This document shows, in pieces, positions 38,106 through 48,126 of a DNA stretch of 64,000 nt (the stretch's first letter is position 1; every line of letters starts with the position of its first letter). A program made the translations under genes and the position numbers. The notes below the pieces were generated by a model. It was not told where the DNA came from, made no database searches, and saw only the letters and a list, made by a program, of their open reading frames with translations. Source of the stretch: an uncultured Eubacteriales bacterium (GTDB taxonomy: Bacteria; Bacillota; Peptococcia; Peptococcales; SKKY01); assembly GCA_964642925.1 (NCBI GenBank), contig CAZXPJ010000002.1, forward strand, positions 80,494 to 144,493, written 5' to 3'.

Positions 38106-39734
38106 ATGGAAAAAAGAAATAATTTAGAATATTTAATTCCAGCCATGGCAAGTATTGATGAAATAGCTAGAGAATTAAATAAAAAAGAAAATCTATATAT
38201 AGTGGCATATGAAAAAGATTCAAAAATAAAAAATCTTTCGGAAAATATGAGAGAAGAAGAAACTATACAATTCATTTCAAGAAATTGCGATTGTGGTCAA
38301 AGAATATTTGAAAGAAGTCTAATTTTTATATTCATTGCAGCCATTAAAGACCTACTACCAGAGGAAGAGGTTATAGTAGAGCATTCTCTTTCAGGAGGAG
38401 TCTATCTTCTTTTAGAAAAAAGAAGATCTGATTCCTACCTAAAAAAAGACATAATAAAAAAAATGTCGGAGTTTATTGAAAAAGATATTTCTATTAAAAA
38501 AGTAATGCACCCAAAAGAAGAAATGAAAGAATATTTTAAGGAAAAAGGATACTTTGATAAACATTATATGCTTAACTACTTGCAAGAAGAAGAAGTTCCA
38601 ATGTATGAATTAGGAAATGCTAAGGAAACATTTTATGGGGAGTTAATCCCCTCCTGTGGATATGTAAAAAAGTTTGATATTGAAATACATGGAGAAGGAT
38701 TTGTACTTCTTTTTCCTGATAGATTCAGTGATTATAAAATCCCTAATTTTACCCCTCGACATAATCTTGCCCGTACTTTTAATGAATGGGGTAAATATGT
38801 AGATTTTATGGATATTGGTAATGTGGCAGAATTGAATTATCATATAGAAAGAGGACGCCAGGACCTAATAGTTAGAGTTAATGAAGCACTTCATGAAAAG
38901 AAAATAGCCGGAATATCAGATCAGATATGTGCATCTGGAGATAAGGGAAAGTTAATCCTTATTGCTGGTCCTTCTTCTGCAGGTAAAACTACTTTTATGG
39001 GTAGGTTAATGGTTCAACTGATGACCAATGGTAAAAGACCTTTAAGAATATCTCTTGATGATTATTTTATAAATAGAGAAGAGACTCCAAGGGATCAAAA
39101 TGGGGATTACGACTTCGAAAGTCTTTATGCCTTGGACCTAAATTTGTTCAATAAAAATATTGAAGACCTTCTTAATGGCTTTAAAACAGAAATTCCCATT
39201 TATGATTTTGTATCCGGCAGCAGAAAAAAAGAGACAAAAATAATTAAACCAGGAAGAGATCAACCAATTATTGTAGAGGGCATTCACGGTATTAATGAAG
39301 AACTAACTTTTTCTCTTCCAAGAGGGGATAAATTTAAAATATTTATTTCCCCTATGACTCAGTTGAATATAGATAGACATAATCGGATTCCCACTTCAGA
39401 TATAAGAAAACTTCGGAGAATGGTAAGGGATGAAAGAACTAGAGGAATAAAACCAATAGACACTTTTAAACGATGGGAGTCTGTAAGAAATGGTGAAGAA
39501 AAGAATATCTTTCCTTATCAAGAGGATGCTGATGCTATGTTTAATTCAGCTTTAGTTTATGAATTAGCCCTGATGAAAAATTTTGCAGAGCCACTTTTAA
39601 GAGAAATACAACCGGAAAGTTTTCACTACCATGAAGCTCAAAGGCTCTTAACATTTTTACAATCTTTTGCTAGAATGAATATTGGTAAAAATTCCATCCC
39701 TGAAAATTCAATTTTAAAAGAATTTATAGGGTAA
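38106..39734 (+). CDS. long uridine-kinase-like nucleoside kinase (N-terminal ThrRS/TGS-like domain plus P-loop kinase)
   Basis: 542 aa. Has Walker A AGPSSAGKTTF in the C-terminal half and IVEGIHG, typical of the Udk/PRK family. The roughly 270-aa N-terminal extension is as seen in clostridial long Udk homologues. Confidence 0.65.
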   Translation: MEKRNNLEYLIPAMASIDEIARELNKKENLYIVAYEKDSKIKNLSENMREEETIQFISRNCDCGQRIFERSLIFIFIAAIKDLLPEEEVIVEHSLSGGVYLLLEKRRSDSYLKKDIIKKMSEFIEKDISIKKVMHPKEEMKEYFKEKGYFDKHYMLNYLQEEEVPMYELGNAKETFYGELIPSCGYVKKFDIEIHGEGFVLLFPDRFSDYKIPNFTPRHNLARTFNEWGKYVDFMDIGNVAELNYHIERGRQDLIVRVNEALHEKKIAGISDQICASGDKGKLILIAGPSSAGKTTFMGRLMVQLMTNGKRPLRISLDDYFINREETPRDQNGDYDFESLYALDLNLFNKNIEDLLNGFKTEIPIYDFVSGSRKKETKIIKPGRDQPIIVEGIHGINEELTFSLPRGDKFKIFISPMTQLNIDRHNRIPTSDIRKLRRMVRDERTRGIKPIDTFKRWESVRNGEEKNIFPYQEDADAMFNSALVYELALMKNFAEPLLREIQPESFHYHEAQRLLTFLQSFARMNIGKNSIPENSILKEFIG

Positions 39735-39752
39735 AAAATCGGAGGTAATTAA

Positions 39753-39989
39753 GTGAAGAAAAAGTTTAACCCTTTATGGATCCCATTTTTAACTTTTTGG
39801 ATTCCATCACAAGTTGCTAAAATACCCATGGAAAACCAATCAATAAAAACAGCAATAATATGGGCTATAATAATAGTGCAAGTTTATTTTCTTTATAAAG
39901 GGATAAATTATATTAAATATAATAATCGGGCAGGTGGGAATAATGCCGGAGGTAAGGAAAACAAGGATACTAGAGGAGTTAAGAAATAA
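39753..39989 (+). CDS. small membrane protein, unknown function
   Basis: 78 aa with a GTG start 7 nt after GGAGG. It has two hydrophobic segments. Its Gly/Asn-rich tail overlaps the niaR start in another frame. Confidence 0.4.
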   Translation: MKKKFNPLWIPFLTFWIPSQVAKIPMENQSIKTAIIWAIIIVQVYFLYKGINYIKYNNRAGGNNAGGKENKDTRGVKK

Positions 39990-40455
39990 AGATTATCTAA
40001 AAGGGTCAGAAATAGCTAAGATTTTTTCTGTAACCAGGCAAGTAATTGTAAAAGATATTGCTATACTAAGAGCAGAGGGTAATGATATCTTTGCCACACC
40101 TAGGGGATACTTTTTAAATTCACCTGAAAAACAAAAGGGAATAAGGAAAGTTGTGGCTACCAAACACCAAAAAGAAAATATTGAAAGAGAACTAGAAATT
40201 ATTGTTGAAAATGGTGGTAAGATATTAGATGTTATTGTAGAGCACCCAGTATATGGAGAAATCAGAGCAAATCTTATGATTGAAAACCGGGGTGATTTAC
40301 TTTTGTTTATGGAAAAGACAAAAAAAAGAAAAGCAAAACCCTTATCCAGCCTAACAGATGGTGTTCATCTGCATACAATCGAAGGAGAATCTCAAGAAAT
40401 TTTAGAGCGGATAGTATATAATCTTGATTTGGAAGGTTTTTTAATAAAATATTGA
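39943..40455 (+). CDS. niaR: NAD-metabolism transcriptional repressor NiaR (HTH plus 3H domain)
   Basis: Contains SVTRQVIVKDIAILRAEGNDIFATPRGY (HTH_11) and a 3H-domain with HPVYGE ... HLHTIEG. The start was chosen at the ATG (MPEVRK). Confidence 0.85.
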   Translation: MPEVRKTRILEELRNKDYLKGSEIAKIFSVTRQVIVKDIAILRAEGNDIFATPRGYFLNSPEKQKGIRKVVATKHQKENIERELEIIVENGGKILDVIVEHPVYGEIRANLMIENRGDLLLFMEKTKKRKAKPLSSLTDGVHLHTIEGESQEILERIVYNLDLEGFLIKY

Positions 40456-40463
40456 ATAAATAT

Positions 40464-40491
40464 TTGACTTAAATTTCAGATTCATTATAAT
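40464..40491 (+). promoter_or_regulatory. near-consensus sigma-A promoter upstream of mecA
   Basis: TTGACT (40464-40469), a 16-nt spacer, then TATAAT (40486-40491). Confidence 0.55.
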
Positions 40492-40524
40492 GAATATACG
40501 TTCCTCAAATAGGAGGTGTCTGTT

Positions 40525-41127
40525 GTGAATTTTAAAAGAATTAGTGACAATAAAATACAAGTCATAATTAGTAAGGACGATTTAGAAAACAAAAATGTAC
40601 AAAAGTGGGACTTGATGCCGAATAGTCACAATGCCCAAGAACTTTTTCAGGAGATGCTGGATCAAGCATATGAGGAATGTGGCTTTGAAGTGGACCCTGA
40701 AACTCAATTAATGGTAGAAGCCTACCCAATGACTACAGATAGTCTTATTGTAACTTTAACAAAAGTTAATAAAATAGATAAATCATTTTTTCAGTCCTTT
40801 GTTGATGAGGATGTTTTTGATGATTATGATGAATTTGATGAATTCATAGACGTGGAAAGTGACGAGTTGATTTATGAGTTTAAAGATTTGGAAGATGTTT
40901 TTCAAATGTCTGCTCAAATAAGTCCACTCTATTTCGGCAAGTCGGATTTGTATAAGTTTCAAGATAGTTTTTATCTAGTATTCAAAAACCCAGAAAAACT
41001 CTTAGAAAGCAGTATTGGTACTATAGGAGAATATGGTAACTTAGCTAGGTTCCATGATTGTCTATTGGCTGAGCGGGGAGAAATAATTATAAAAAATGAT
41101 GCTCTTAAAAAGCTTTCTCAGGTATAA
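40525..41127 (+). CDS. mecA: adaptor protein MecA (ClpC adaptor / negative regulator of competence)
   Basis: NFKRISDNKIQVIISKDDLE... has the typical MecA N-domain, acidic linker and C-domain. The GTG at 40525 lies 8 nt after AGGAGG. The ORF-track start at 40516 overlaps the RBS. Confidence 0.8.
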   Translation: MNFKRISDNKIQVIISKDDLENKNVQKWDLMPNSHNAQELFQEMLDQAYEECGFEVDPETQLMVEAYPMTTDSLIVTLTKVNKIDKSFFQSFVDEDVFDDYDEFDEFIDVESDELIYEFKDLEDVFQMSAQISPLYFGKSDLYKFQDSFYLVFKNPEKLLESSIGTIGEYGNLARFHDCLLAERGEIIIKNDALKKLSQV

Positions 41128-41137
41128 GAATATCTAG

Positions 41138-41166
41138 AAAAGCCCTTTTGAGGGCTCTTTTTTTTA
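41138..41166 (+). terminator. terminator after mecA
   Basis: AGCCCT-TTTG-AGGGCT followed by CTTTTTTTT. Confidence 0.7.
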
Positions 41167-41184
41167 CTCTAAGGGAGGAATTTT

Positions 41185-41817
41185 ATGAAAAATGATAATT
41201 ATAAAGAAATTCTTAAGCTGTTAAAAGATAATTATAAAGATGCTAAGGCAGGTTTAGATTTTGAAAATCCCTATCAATTATTGGTGGCTACAATTTTGTC
41301 AGCTCAAACCACGGATGTTCAGGTTAATAAAGTAACTAAAACTCTTTTCCTTAAGTATCCTTCAGCAAAAGAGCTGTCCCTTGCCTCCCAAGAAGAGTTG
41401 GAGGAAGATATTAAAACAATAGGTTTATACAAAAATAAGAGTAAAAATCTTATAAAAACAGGAAAATTATTAATAGAAAAATTTAATGGCCAGGTCCCTA
41501 GTAGTAGAGAAGAATTAATAGAATTAGCAGGAGTTGGTAGAAAGACGGCTAATGTGGTCCTTAGTAATGCTTTTTCTCTTCCTGCTATTGCGGTGGATAC
41601 TCATGTTTTCAGGGTTTCAAAAAGGTTGGGTTTTTCCCAAGGTAAGAATCCAGAACAAGTAGAAAAAGATTTAATGAAAATAATTCCCAGAGAAGATTGG
41701 AAAGATGCTCATCATTGGCTAATTTGGCATGGAAGATTGGTTTGTAAGGCTCAAAATCCTAATTGCTCTGATTGTCCTCTTTCCCAGGAATGTCTTTTTT
41801 GGCAAAATTCTCGTTAA
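41185..41817 (+). CDS. nth: endonuclease III
   Basis: 210 aa. Contains the HhH-GPD motif (LAGVGRKTANVVL, VDTHV) and the C-terminal 4Fe-4S cluster C-x6-C-x2-C-x5-C. Confidence 0.92.
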   Translation: MKNDNYKEILKLLKDNYKDAKAGLDFENPYQLLVATILSAQTTDVQVNKVTKTLFLKYPSAKELSLASQEELEEDIKTIGLYKNKSKNLIKTGKLLIEKFNGQVPSSREELIELAGVGRKTANVVLSNAFSLPAIAVDTHVFRVSKRLGFSQGKNPEQVEKDLMKIIPREDWKDAHHWLIWHGRLVCKAQNPNCSDCPLSQECLFWQNSR

Positions 41818-42529
41818 AATCTTTCCAAAGTTGCTTGGTAATAGAATTCATTATTCTATCTTTAGCCTTTGGATTTTTAATTACCATATCAGCTAGGAGT
41901 TCTTTTATTTCCTGCCGCTTACTTTTTCCATCAATAGGACAAGCTTTCTTAGCTGTTGGCAAAGAGTGTTTTTCAATTAAGCGAATAACATCCTTCTCGT
42001 AAACAAAAATTAAGGGACGAATTACTGTAATCCCAGTTCTGTCTAAATATACCTTAGGCTCAAATGTGTTAATCCTCCCCTCATATGTAAGACTAAGCAT
42101 AAATGTTTCTACGCAGTCATCCATATGATGACCTAAGGCCACTTTGTTACAGCCAATACTTTTAGCATAATTATTTAAAGCCCCTCTTCTCATATTTGCA
42201 CATAATGAGCAGGGGTTTTTTTCTGCTCTTTCTTCAAAAACCACTTTACCTATATCAGTTTCCACATAATGGAAAGGAATATCTAGGCTTTCTGAAAAAG
42301 CTTTTACTTGAGAATAGTCTATTTCCCAGCCCAAGTCTAAAAATACAGAATTCAATTCGATTTTGATAGGCCATATTTTCTTAATCGTGTATAATGAGTA
42401 TAATAATATTATGCTATCTTTGCCACCGGATACTCCGATGGCAATATTGTCCCCATCTTCCAGGAGTTGGAACATTTTAATAGCACGTTTTACTTTGTTA
42501 ATTAGTTGGTAACGCATTTTCTTCCACAA
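41759..42529 (-). CDS. PP-loop ATPase, TtcA-like tRNA 2-thiocytidine biosynthesis family
   Basis: 256 aa. Contains the SGGKDS PP-loop, C.LC..MRRG and GHH.DD motifs. Confidence 0.8.
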   Translation of the reverse strand: MWKKMRYQLINKVKRAIKMFQLLEDGDNIAIGVSGGKDSIILLYSLYTIKKIWPIKIELNSVFLDLGWEIDYSQVKAFSESLDIPFHYVETDIGKVVFEERAEKNPCSLCANMRRGALNNYAKSIGCNKVALGHHMDDCVETFMLSLTYEGRINTFEPKVYLDRTGITVIRPLIFVYEKDVIRLIEKHSLPTAKKACPIDGKSKRQEIKELLADMVIKNPKAKDRIMNSITKQLWKDFNENFAKKDIPGKEDNQSN

Positions 42530-42603
42530 AACTATTTCACCTCAGGGAGATTATATAAGATAAATAAAAAAATAAAAAGATATTTTTAAGGGGGATTTTA
42601 TTA

Positions 42604-43461
42604 ATGGCTGTAATTCTTGATGGTAAAAAAATCGCAGGTGATATTCGGCAAGAAATAAAAAAAGAAGCTGAGAAGATTCTCGAAGAAAGAAATATGAAAC
42701 CAGGGTTAGCAGTTATCATTGCAGGAGATGATCCAGCTTCAGCAATTTATGTTAGAAACAAGGAAAAGGCTGCTTTAGAAGTAGGTTTTCACTCCGTAGT
42801 AAAAAGGTATCCAGCTAACATTACTCAAAAAGAATTATTAGCTGCTGTGGATGAAATAAATCAGGATGATGATATCCATGGAATGATTGTACAACTTCCT
42901 TTGCCAAAGCATTTAAATGAAAAAGAGATAATAAATAGAATAGACCCTAAAAAGGATGCTGATGGTCTTCACCCTTTAAACTTAGGGGCCCTTGTAATTG
43001 GAGATAAGGGAATTGTATCCTGTACCCCTAAGGGATGTATAAGACTCATAAAAGAAACGGGAATAGAGCTATCTGGCAAAAAAGCAGTAGTGATAGGGAG
43101 AAGCAACATGGTGGGTAAACCGGTGGCTTTATTATTACTACAAGAGAATGCTACAGTGACCATTTGTCATTCTCGTACCAAGGATCTAAAAAAAGAATTA
43201 ATAGAGGCAGACATTATTGTAGCTGCTGTTGGTGTCCGTAATCTAGTGCAAAAAGACATGGTCAAAAAAGGTGCAATTGTAATTGATGTAGGAACTAATC
43301 GTTCAGAAGATGGAAAAATTTGTGGAGATGTAAATTTTGAAGAAGTATTAGAGGTTGCTGGTTTTATAACCCCGGTACCAGGAGGAGTAGGTCCCATGAC
43401 TATAGCTATGTTATTATCTAATACTCTTGAAGCTTTTTATAATTTGACAGGGAAAAAATAG
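42604..43461 (+). CDS. folD: bifunctional methylene-THF dehydrogenase / methenyl-THF cyclohydrolase
   Basis: 285 aa. Contains ILDGK, PGLAVI..GDDPAS..YV, VQLPLP and TPVPGGVGPMT. Confidence 0.95.
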   Translation: MAVILDGKKIAGDIRQEIKKEAEKILEERNMKPGLAVIIAGDDPASAIYVRNKEKAALEVGFHSVVKRYPANITQKELLAAVDEINQDDDIHGMIVQLPLPKHLNEKEIINRIDPKKDADGLHPLNLGALVIGDKGIVSCTPKGCIRLIKETGIELSGKKAVVIGRSNMVGKPVALLLLQENATVTICHSRTKDLKKELIEADIIVAAVGVRNLVQKDMVKKGAIVIDVGTNRSEDGKICGDVNFEEVLEVAGFITPVPGGVGPMTIAMLLSNTLEAFYNLTGKK

Positions 43462-43467
43462 AAAGGA

Positions 43468-44013
43468 TTGATATTCTTGGAATTCAAAGATAGAGACGCC
43501 GTAATCCTTGGGAATCTGGAAAAGATGGAGCAGTATAGTCTTAAAATACAAAAATCTTATACTGAAGATTTTCGAGATAATCTTCATGAAGTCCTATTAG
43601 AAGCTTCTATTAAAAAAATTCGAACTTCTCGTAGAGCAATTGAAGACTTGAGCAAACCTAGTAGAATGATGTTAGAACATTTTTCCTATTTCATTGGAGA
43701 TCATACTCATTCCATGGGTTATAAAATTGGCCAGTTTCTTGATGGAAGATCAGTACTAGTGGATTTTGAAGTAGAAGAGTGGGGCAATATAGTTTTAAAT
43801 TTAGGCAATATAACTCTAAAGTGGAGAGATGAAGATTATACTTACCTATTTTATCCGGATAAAATAATGATTAAATCAAAAAACAGGAGTAATCCAGATT
43901 TTTTCCTTTCCTTCAGTTTTAGCTTTAACTATACTAAGGTTCATTTAAGGTATAAGGGAATTAAAGAGGACCCTCAAACAGAATACTGGCATGAAGGATT
44001 GGAAACTGAATAA
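43468..44013 (+). CDS. hypothetical protein
   Basis: 181 aa ORF with a TTG start, packed tightly after folD. No recognisable motif. Confidence 0.4.
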   Translation: MIFLEFKDRDAVILGNLEKMEQYSLKIQKSYTEDFRDNLHEVLLEASIKKIRTSRRAIEDLSKPSRMMLEHFSYFIGDHTHSMGYKIGQFLDGRSVLVDFEVEEWGNIVLNLGNITLKWRDEDYTYLFYPDKIMIKSKNRSNPDFFLSFSFSFNYTKVHLRYKGIKEDPQTEYWHEGLETE

Positions 44014-44035
44014 ATCTGTCTAGTGGAGGGCTTTT

Positions 44036-45262
44036 ATGGAAGGTCTGAAAATATTAATAATATTTATTATCATGATTTTCTTACTTCAAAGAAAAACTAA
44101 CACTGGGATAGTAATGGTTTTAGGAGCTTTATTATTTGGTTTGTTTTACTTTATGAATCCTATAGTAATTCTAAAAGTTGCTGGAAGATCCTTGTTTACG
44201 AGAAGTACCATAGAACTGATGCTAGTGTTAGTTTTAATTACATCCTTAGAAATTACCTTAAGAGTTAGTGAATTAATGCCTAAAATGATCAAATCTTTAA
44301 AGGGTTTAGTTACTGATTCAAGAATAATAATGGCTTTTCTACCAGCTTTTCTAGGTCTTTTGCCCTCTCCCGGGGGAGCCAGATTTTCTGCACCTATGGT
44401 AGGAGAAATTGGGGACCAAATCAAATCCTTAAATCAGGAAGAAAAAAGCCTAATAAATTATTGGTTTAGACATATTTGGGAATATATTTTTCCTCTTTAC
44501 CCGGGCTTAATTCTTGCCTCTACTCTTATAGAGAGGGAAGTAGGAGAAGTTTTTAAATACAATCTTCCATTTACTTTATTAGCACTTTTAATTGGTTTTT
44601 TATATTGTTATAGAAATTTAGAAAAAGATGAAATAAAAATTGTCTATACTGGATCAAAAGATGGTTTATGGAAAAACTTTTTAAAGGGTATTTTCCCAAT
44701 TCTACTAATCATTATTCTAGTTGTTTTTATTAAAGTTAATATTATTTATTCTCTATTAACAGCAATTATTATGGTTATTATATGGAAAGCTATTCCTTAT
44801 AATGAAATAATTAACATGATAAAAGGGTCCTTCTCTTTTAATTTAATAATATTAGTTTTTGGAGTAATCTTTTTTAGAAATATGATGGAAGCCAGTGGTG
44901 GTTTTAGTGAAATTATTCAAATTATCGAAAATCTAGGAATTTCCCCCTGGATAGTAGTGGCTGTACTACCTTTAGTAACAGGAATTCTAACGGGAATGGT
45001 CTTACCTATGGTAAGTATTAGTTTTCCCGTAATAATTGGATTTATAGGTACAGGAGTAGATGTACAGTGGGCTTTGTTTTCCTTGGCCTTTGGTTTTGGA
45101 TTTTCAGGAGTAATGCTTTCTCCTCTACATCTTTGTCTTCTTCTTACTATCGATCATTTTAAAGCTGACTTTAATAAAACATATAAGCTGCTTATTATAC
45201 CCCAGGCAATTTTGTTGCTATGTATATATATAGTTTATAGAGTTTATCTTGTAATCTATTAG
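44036..45262 (+). CDS. DUF401 family integral membrane protein
   Basis: 408 aa polytopic protein. The motif LLPSPGGARFSAPMV matches my recollection of DUF401. Confidence 0.55.
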   Translation: MEGLKILIIFIIMIFLLQRKTNTGIVMVLGALLFGLFYFMNPIVILKVAGRSLFTRSTIELMLVLVLITSLEITLRVSELMPKMIKSLKGLVTDSRIIMAFLPAFLGLLPSPGGARFSAPMVGEIGDQIKSLNQEEKSLINYWFRHIWEYIFPLYPGLILASTLIEREVGEVFKYNLPFTLLALLIGFLYCYRNLEKDEIKIVYTGSKDGLWKNFLKGIFPILLIIILVVFIKVNIIYSLLTAIIMVIIWKAIPYNEIINMIKGSFSFNLIILVFGVIFFRNMMEASGGFSEIIQIIENLGISPWIVVAVLPLVTGILTGMVLPMVSISFPVIIGFIGTGVDVQWALFSLAFGFGFSGVMLSPLHLCLLLTIDHFKADFNKTYKLLIIPQAILLLCIYIVYRVYLVIY

Positions 45263-45293
45263 TAAAATTTAATTTTAAAGAGGAGTTTACATA

Positions 45294-46691
45294 ATGTTAT
45301 CTATTGCACATATAATAAGCATAATCATTACAATAATAGGGGTTTCTGCCTTAGGAATGTATTCAATAAAGGGTGTTAAGGACTCTAGCGACTTTGCAGT
45401 AGGAGGTAAAAACATTGGAGTTCCTCTATTAGTAGGAACCTTAGTTGGTACCTTAGTCGGTGGCGCCTCAACAATTGGAACGGCTCAATTGGCCTATACC
45501 CATGGTTTAAGTGCTTGGTGGTTTACTATTGGAGCAGGATTAGGATTTTTAATACTAGGAACTTTTTTTGCCAAACCCTTAAGAGAAACCAACTCAACAA
45601 CAGGACCGGAACTCCTAGCTAAAGCATATGGAGCAAAGGCTGGTCCTTTAGCAAGTACTTTTACATCTGCTGGCATATTTTTAAGCATAGTAGGGCAAAT
45701 TTTGTCCTCCATCGCTCTTCTTACAGCCATATTCAATATGAACGGTGTAGTAGCTGCTATTATTACTGTTGTTTTAGTTATTTTCTACGTAATCTTTGGT
45801 GGAGTAATGGGTACAGGGATGGTGGGAATTTTAAAGACAGTTTTAATTTATTTTTCCATGATTGTTGTAGGGGTTATTGCTTACAATAATGTAGGGGGTC
45901 TTAGTGGATACACGAATAACCTTGAACCTTTTCCTAACTTCAGTTTTTTTGGCCGGGGAGTTCTTGTGGATTTAGCCGCAGGCTTTTCTCTTATAGTAGG
46001 TGTTCTTTCTACTCAAACTTATCTACAAGCAATGTTTAGCGGGACTACATATCGTGAGTCCAGAAAATCTGCTATAATTTCTGGACTATTGATTCCTCCT
46101 TTAGGTGCAGGGGGAATATTGGTAGGTTTATATATGAAGATAAGTTATCCAGGAATAGTGCCAAAAGAGGCTTTACCCTTATTTATTATGAATTATCTCC
46201 CTGATTGGGTTGGGGGGATTGTGTTAGCTACACTTCTAGTTTCAGTAATCGGAACAGGGGCTGGTTTAGTTTTAGGAGTATCCACCATGTTAAGCCGTGA
46301 TATTTATCAAGGGCTAATAAAAAAAGATGCCACAGATCAACAGGTGCTTTTCTTTAGTAGAGGAGCCATAATTATAGTTACTATGCTTACATTGCTTTTC
46401 GCTGTAGGTAATATGAATTCTCTAATTCTTCAATGGGGTTTTCTATCCATGGGTATCAGGGGATCTTCAATAGTTTTTCCTCTAATAGGAGCATTGTTCT
46501 TGAAAAAGTATATACGACCTAAAGCTGCAATTTTAGCAATTTGGCTAGCACCAACAGTTACAATAATATGGGCAATCTTTATGAGTGATATTATTGACCC
46601 TCTATATATAGGTCTTATATTAAGCTTATTAATAATAATAGTGGGTAGTTTTGGCTATTCTCCTGTAAAAGATATTGCTAAAAATAAATAA
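45294..46691 (+). CDS. sodium:solute symporter (SSS) family transporter
   Basis: 465 aa with about 12-13 TM segments. The N-terminal region (F.VGG....P...GTL..T..GG.STIG.AQLAY..G.SAWWF) is typical of the SSF family. Confidence 0.7.
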   Translation: MLSIAHIISIIITIIGVSALGMYSIKGVKDSSDFAVGGKNIGVPLLVGTLVGTLVGGASTIGTAQLAYTHGLSAWWFTIGAGLGFLILGTFFAKPLRETNSTTGPELLAKAYGAKAGPLASTFTSAGIFLSIVGQILSSIALLTAIFNMNGVVAAIITVVLVIFYVIFGGVMGTGMVGILKTVLIYFSMIVVGVIAYNNVGGLSGYTNNLEPFPNFSFFGRGVLVDLAAGFSLIVGVLSTQTYLQAMFSGTTYRESRKSAIISGLLIPPLGAGGILVGLYMKISYPGIVPKEALPLFIMNYLPDWVGGIVLATLLVSVIGTGAGLVLGVSTMLSRDIYQGLIKKDATDQQVLFFSRGAIIIVTMLTLLFAVGNMNSLILQWGFLSMGIRGSSIVFPLIGALFLKKYIRPKAAILAIWLAPTVTIIWAIFMSDIIDPLYIGLILSLLIIIVGSFGYSPVKDIAKNK

Positions 46692-46730
46692 ATTAAGTAT
46701 ATTCTAATAAAGATAAATACAATTGATGGG

Positions 46731-48047
46731 GTGATTTGTTTGGGACTTACCAAACATGAAGTAATATTAAGATATATAAGGGACCTAGCTATAGGATCTA
46801 AGGTTTCTGTCAGACAAATCGCTAAAGATCTAGATGTAAGCGAAGGTACAGCATATAGAGCAATAAAAGAAGCTGAGAACCAAGGATGGGTTAGTTCTAT
46901 TCCTAAAGTAGGAACCATTAGAATAGAAGATGAAAAGAAAGAATTAGAGGATTTAAGCCTTAGAGAGATAGCTTTAATTGTTGAGGGTGAAATAGTTTCT
47001 GGAACCAATAAACTGGGCTTCGTACCAGGTAATTTTATCGTTGGGGCATCTAGTAAAGAAACTCTTTTGAAGTATTTAGGCCCAGAAACTTTATTCTTAG
47101 TAGGAGATAATAAAGAACTTCAAGAAATAGCAGTAGAATTAGAAGTGCCCATTCTCCTTACAGGAGGCTTTAGTTTAGAAGATGATGTATTAACTAAATT
47201 ACAAGAAAAAAATATCCCTTTAATTTATTGTCCCTATGAAACATTTGTAGCTATTACTTTAATAAACAATGCTGTAAGTGAAAGACTTAAAATTAAAGAA
47301 TTAATTCGTATTGAAGATATAATGATTGATAAACCCTATTATTTAAAACCAGAACAAAGTGTAAATGATTGGCATGTTTTAGCGGAAAAAACAGGTCATA
47401 GTCGTTTCCCTGTAGTTGACGAAAAGAATAAAGTAGCAGGGATTATTACTGCTATAGATGTAGCAGGTAAAAGTAAGAGAGAAATAATCAATAATATTAT
47501 GAATAAAAATGTGCTTACAACGAGACCTAATAATTTAGTAACTCATTTATCCAGACTTTTGATTTGGGAAAGTTTCGAATTAATTCCTGTTACCGATGAT
47601 GAAAACAACTTATTAGGGGTTGTAAGCAGACAAGATATTCTTAATAGTTTTCAGCAACTACAAAAACAACCTCAATTTGGTGAGACAGTAGATAACCTCA
47701 CTCTAAGTGGATTTAAACTTGGAGAACATGAAGGGGGAGTCAAAGTTTATGGTGAAATAACTCAATTTATGGTTAATGAATCAGAAACTGCTAGCACGGG
47801 AGTCTTAACCATGATTCTCCACACAGCTTCCTACATTGCCATAAAGAAACAATTTCGCTGGAACACTCAGACAGAAGTCTTTACCCTTTATCAATTTGCT
47901 CCTGTAGAAGTTGGAGAGTTTGTGGAGGTTTTTACTAAAATATTATTACTTGATAGAAGATCTGCGGTTCTCGAAGTGGAATTATATTCTGCAACAAAGC
48001 TGAAAGCCAAGGCTACAGCCACTGTCCGTATGGTTAAAAGTAAATAA
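46731..48047 (+). CDS. YtoI-like protein (winged-helix, DRTGG, CBS pair and hotdog domains)
   Basis: 438 aa. The N-terminal HTH (VSVRQIAKDLDVSEGTAYRAIKEAE) is followed by a DRTGG-like segment, two CBS repeats and a thioesterase-like C-terminus. Confidence 0.6.
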   Translation: MICLGLTKHEVILRYIRDLAIGSKVSVRQIAKDLDVSEGTAYRAIKEAENQGWVSSIPKVGTIRIEDEKKELEDLSLREIALIVEGEIVSGTNKLGFVPGNFIVGASSKETLLKYLGPETLFLVGDNKELQEIAVELEVPILLTGGFSLEDDVLTKLQEKNIPLIYCPYETFVAITLINNAVSERLKIKELIRIEDIMIDKPYYLKPEQSVNDWHVLAEKTGHSRFPVVDEKNKVAGIITAIDVAGKSKREIINNIMNKNVLTTRPNNLVTHLSRLLIWESFELIPVTDDENNLLGVVSRQDILNSFQQLQKQPQFGETVDNLTLSGFKLGEHEGGVKVYGEITQFMVNESETASTGVLTMILHTASYIAIKKQFRWNTQTEVFTLYQFAPVEVGEFVEVFTKILLLDRRSAVLEVELYSATKLKAKATATVRMVKSK

Positions 48048-48061
48048 ACTATTAAAAAATC

Positions 48062-48091
48062 ATGATCCTGTATAAATGCAGGATCATTTTT
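48062..48091 (+). terminator. terminator between the ytoI-like gene and dnaE
   Basis: ATGATCCTG-N8-CAGGATCAT followed by TTTT. Confidence 0.7.
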
Positions 48092-48126
48092 AGTATAATG
48101 AAAAAAAAGTCAAAGGATAGGATAAA

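Noticed and set aside
46655-47008. 117-aa minus-strand ORF spanning the symporter / ytoI-like junction
   Set aside because: It overlaps two well-supported + strand genes and has neither an RBS nor a recognisable motif.
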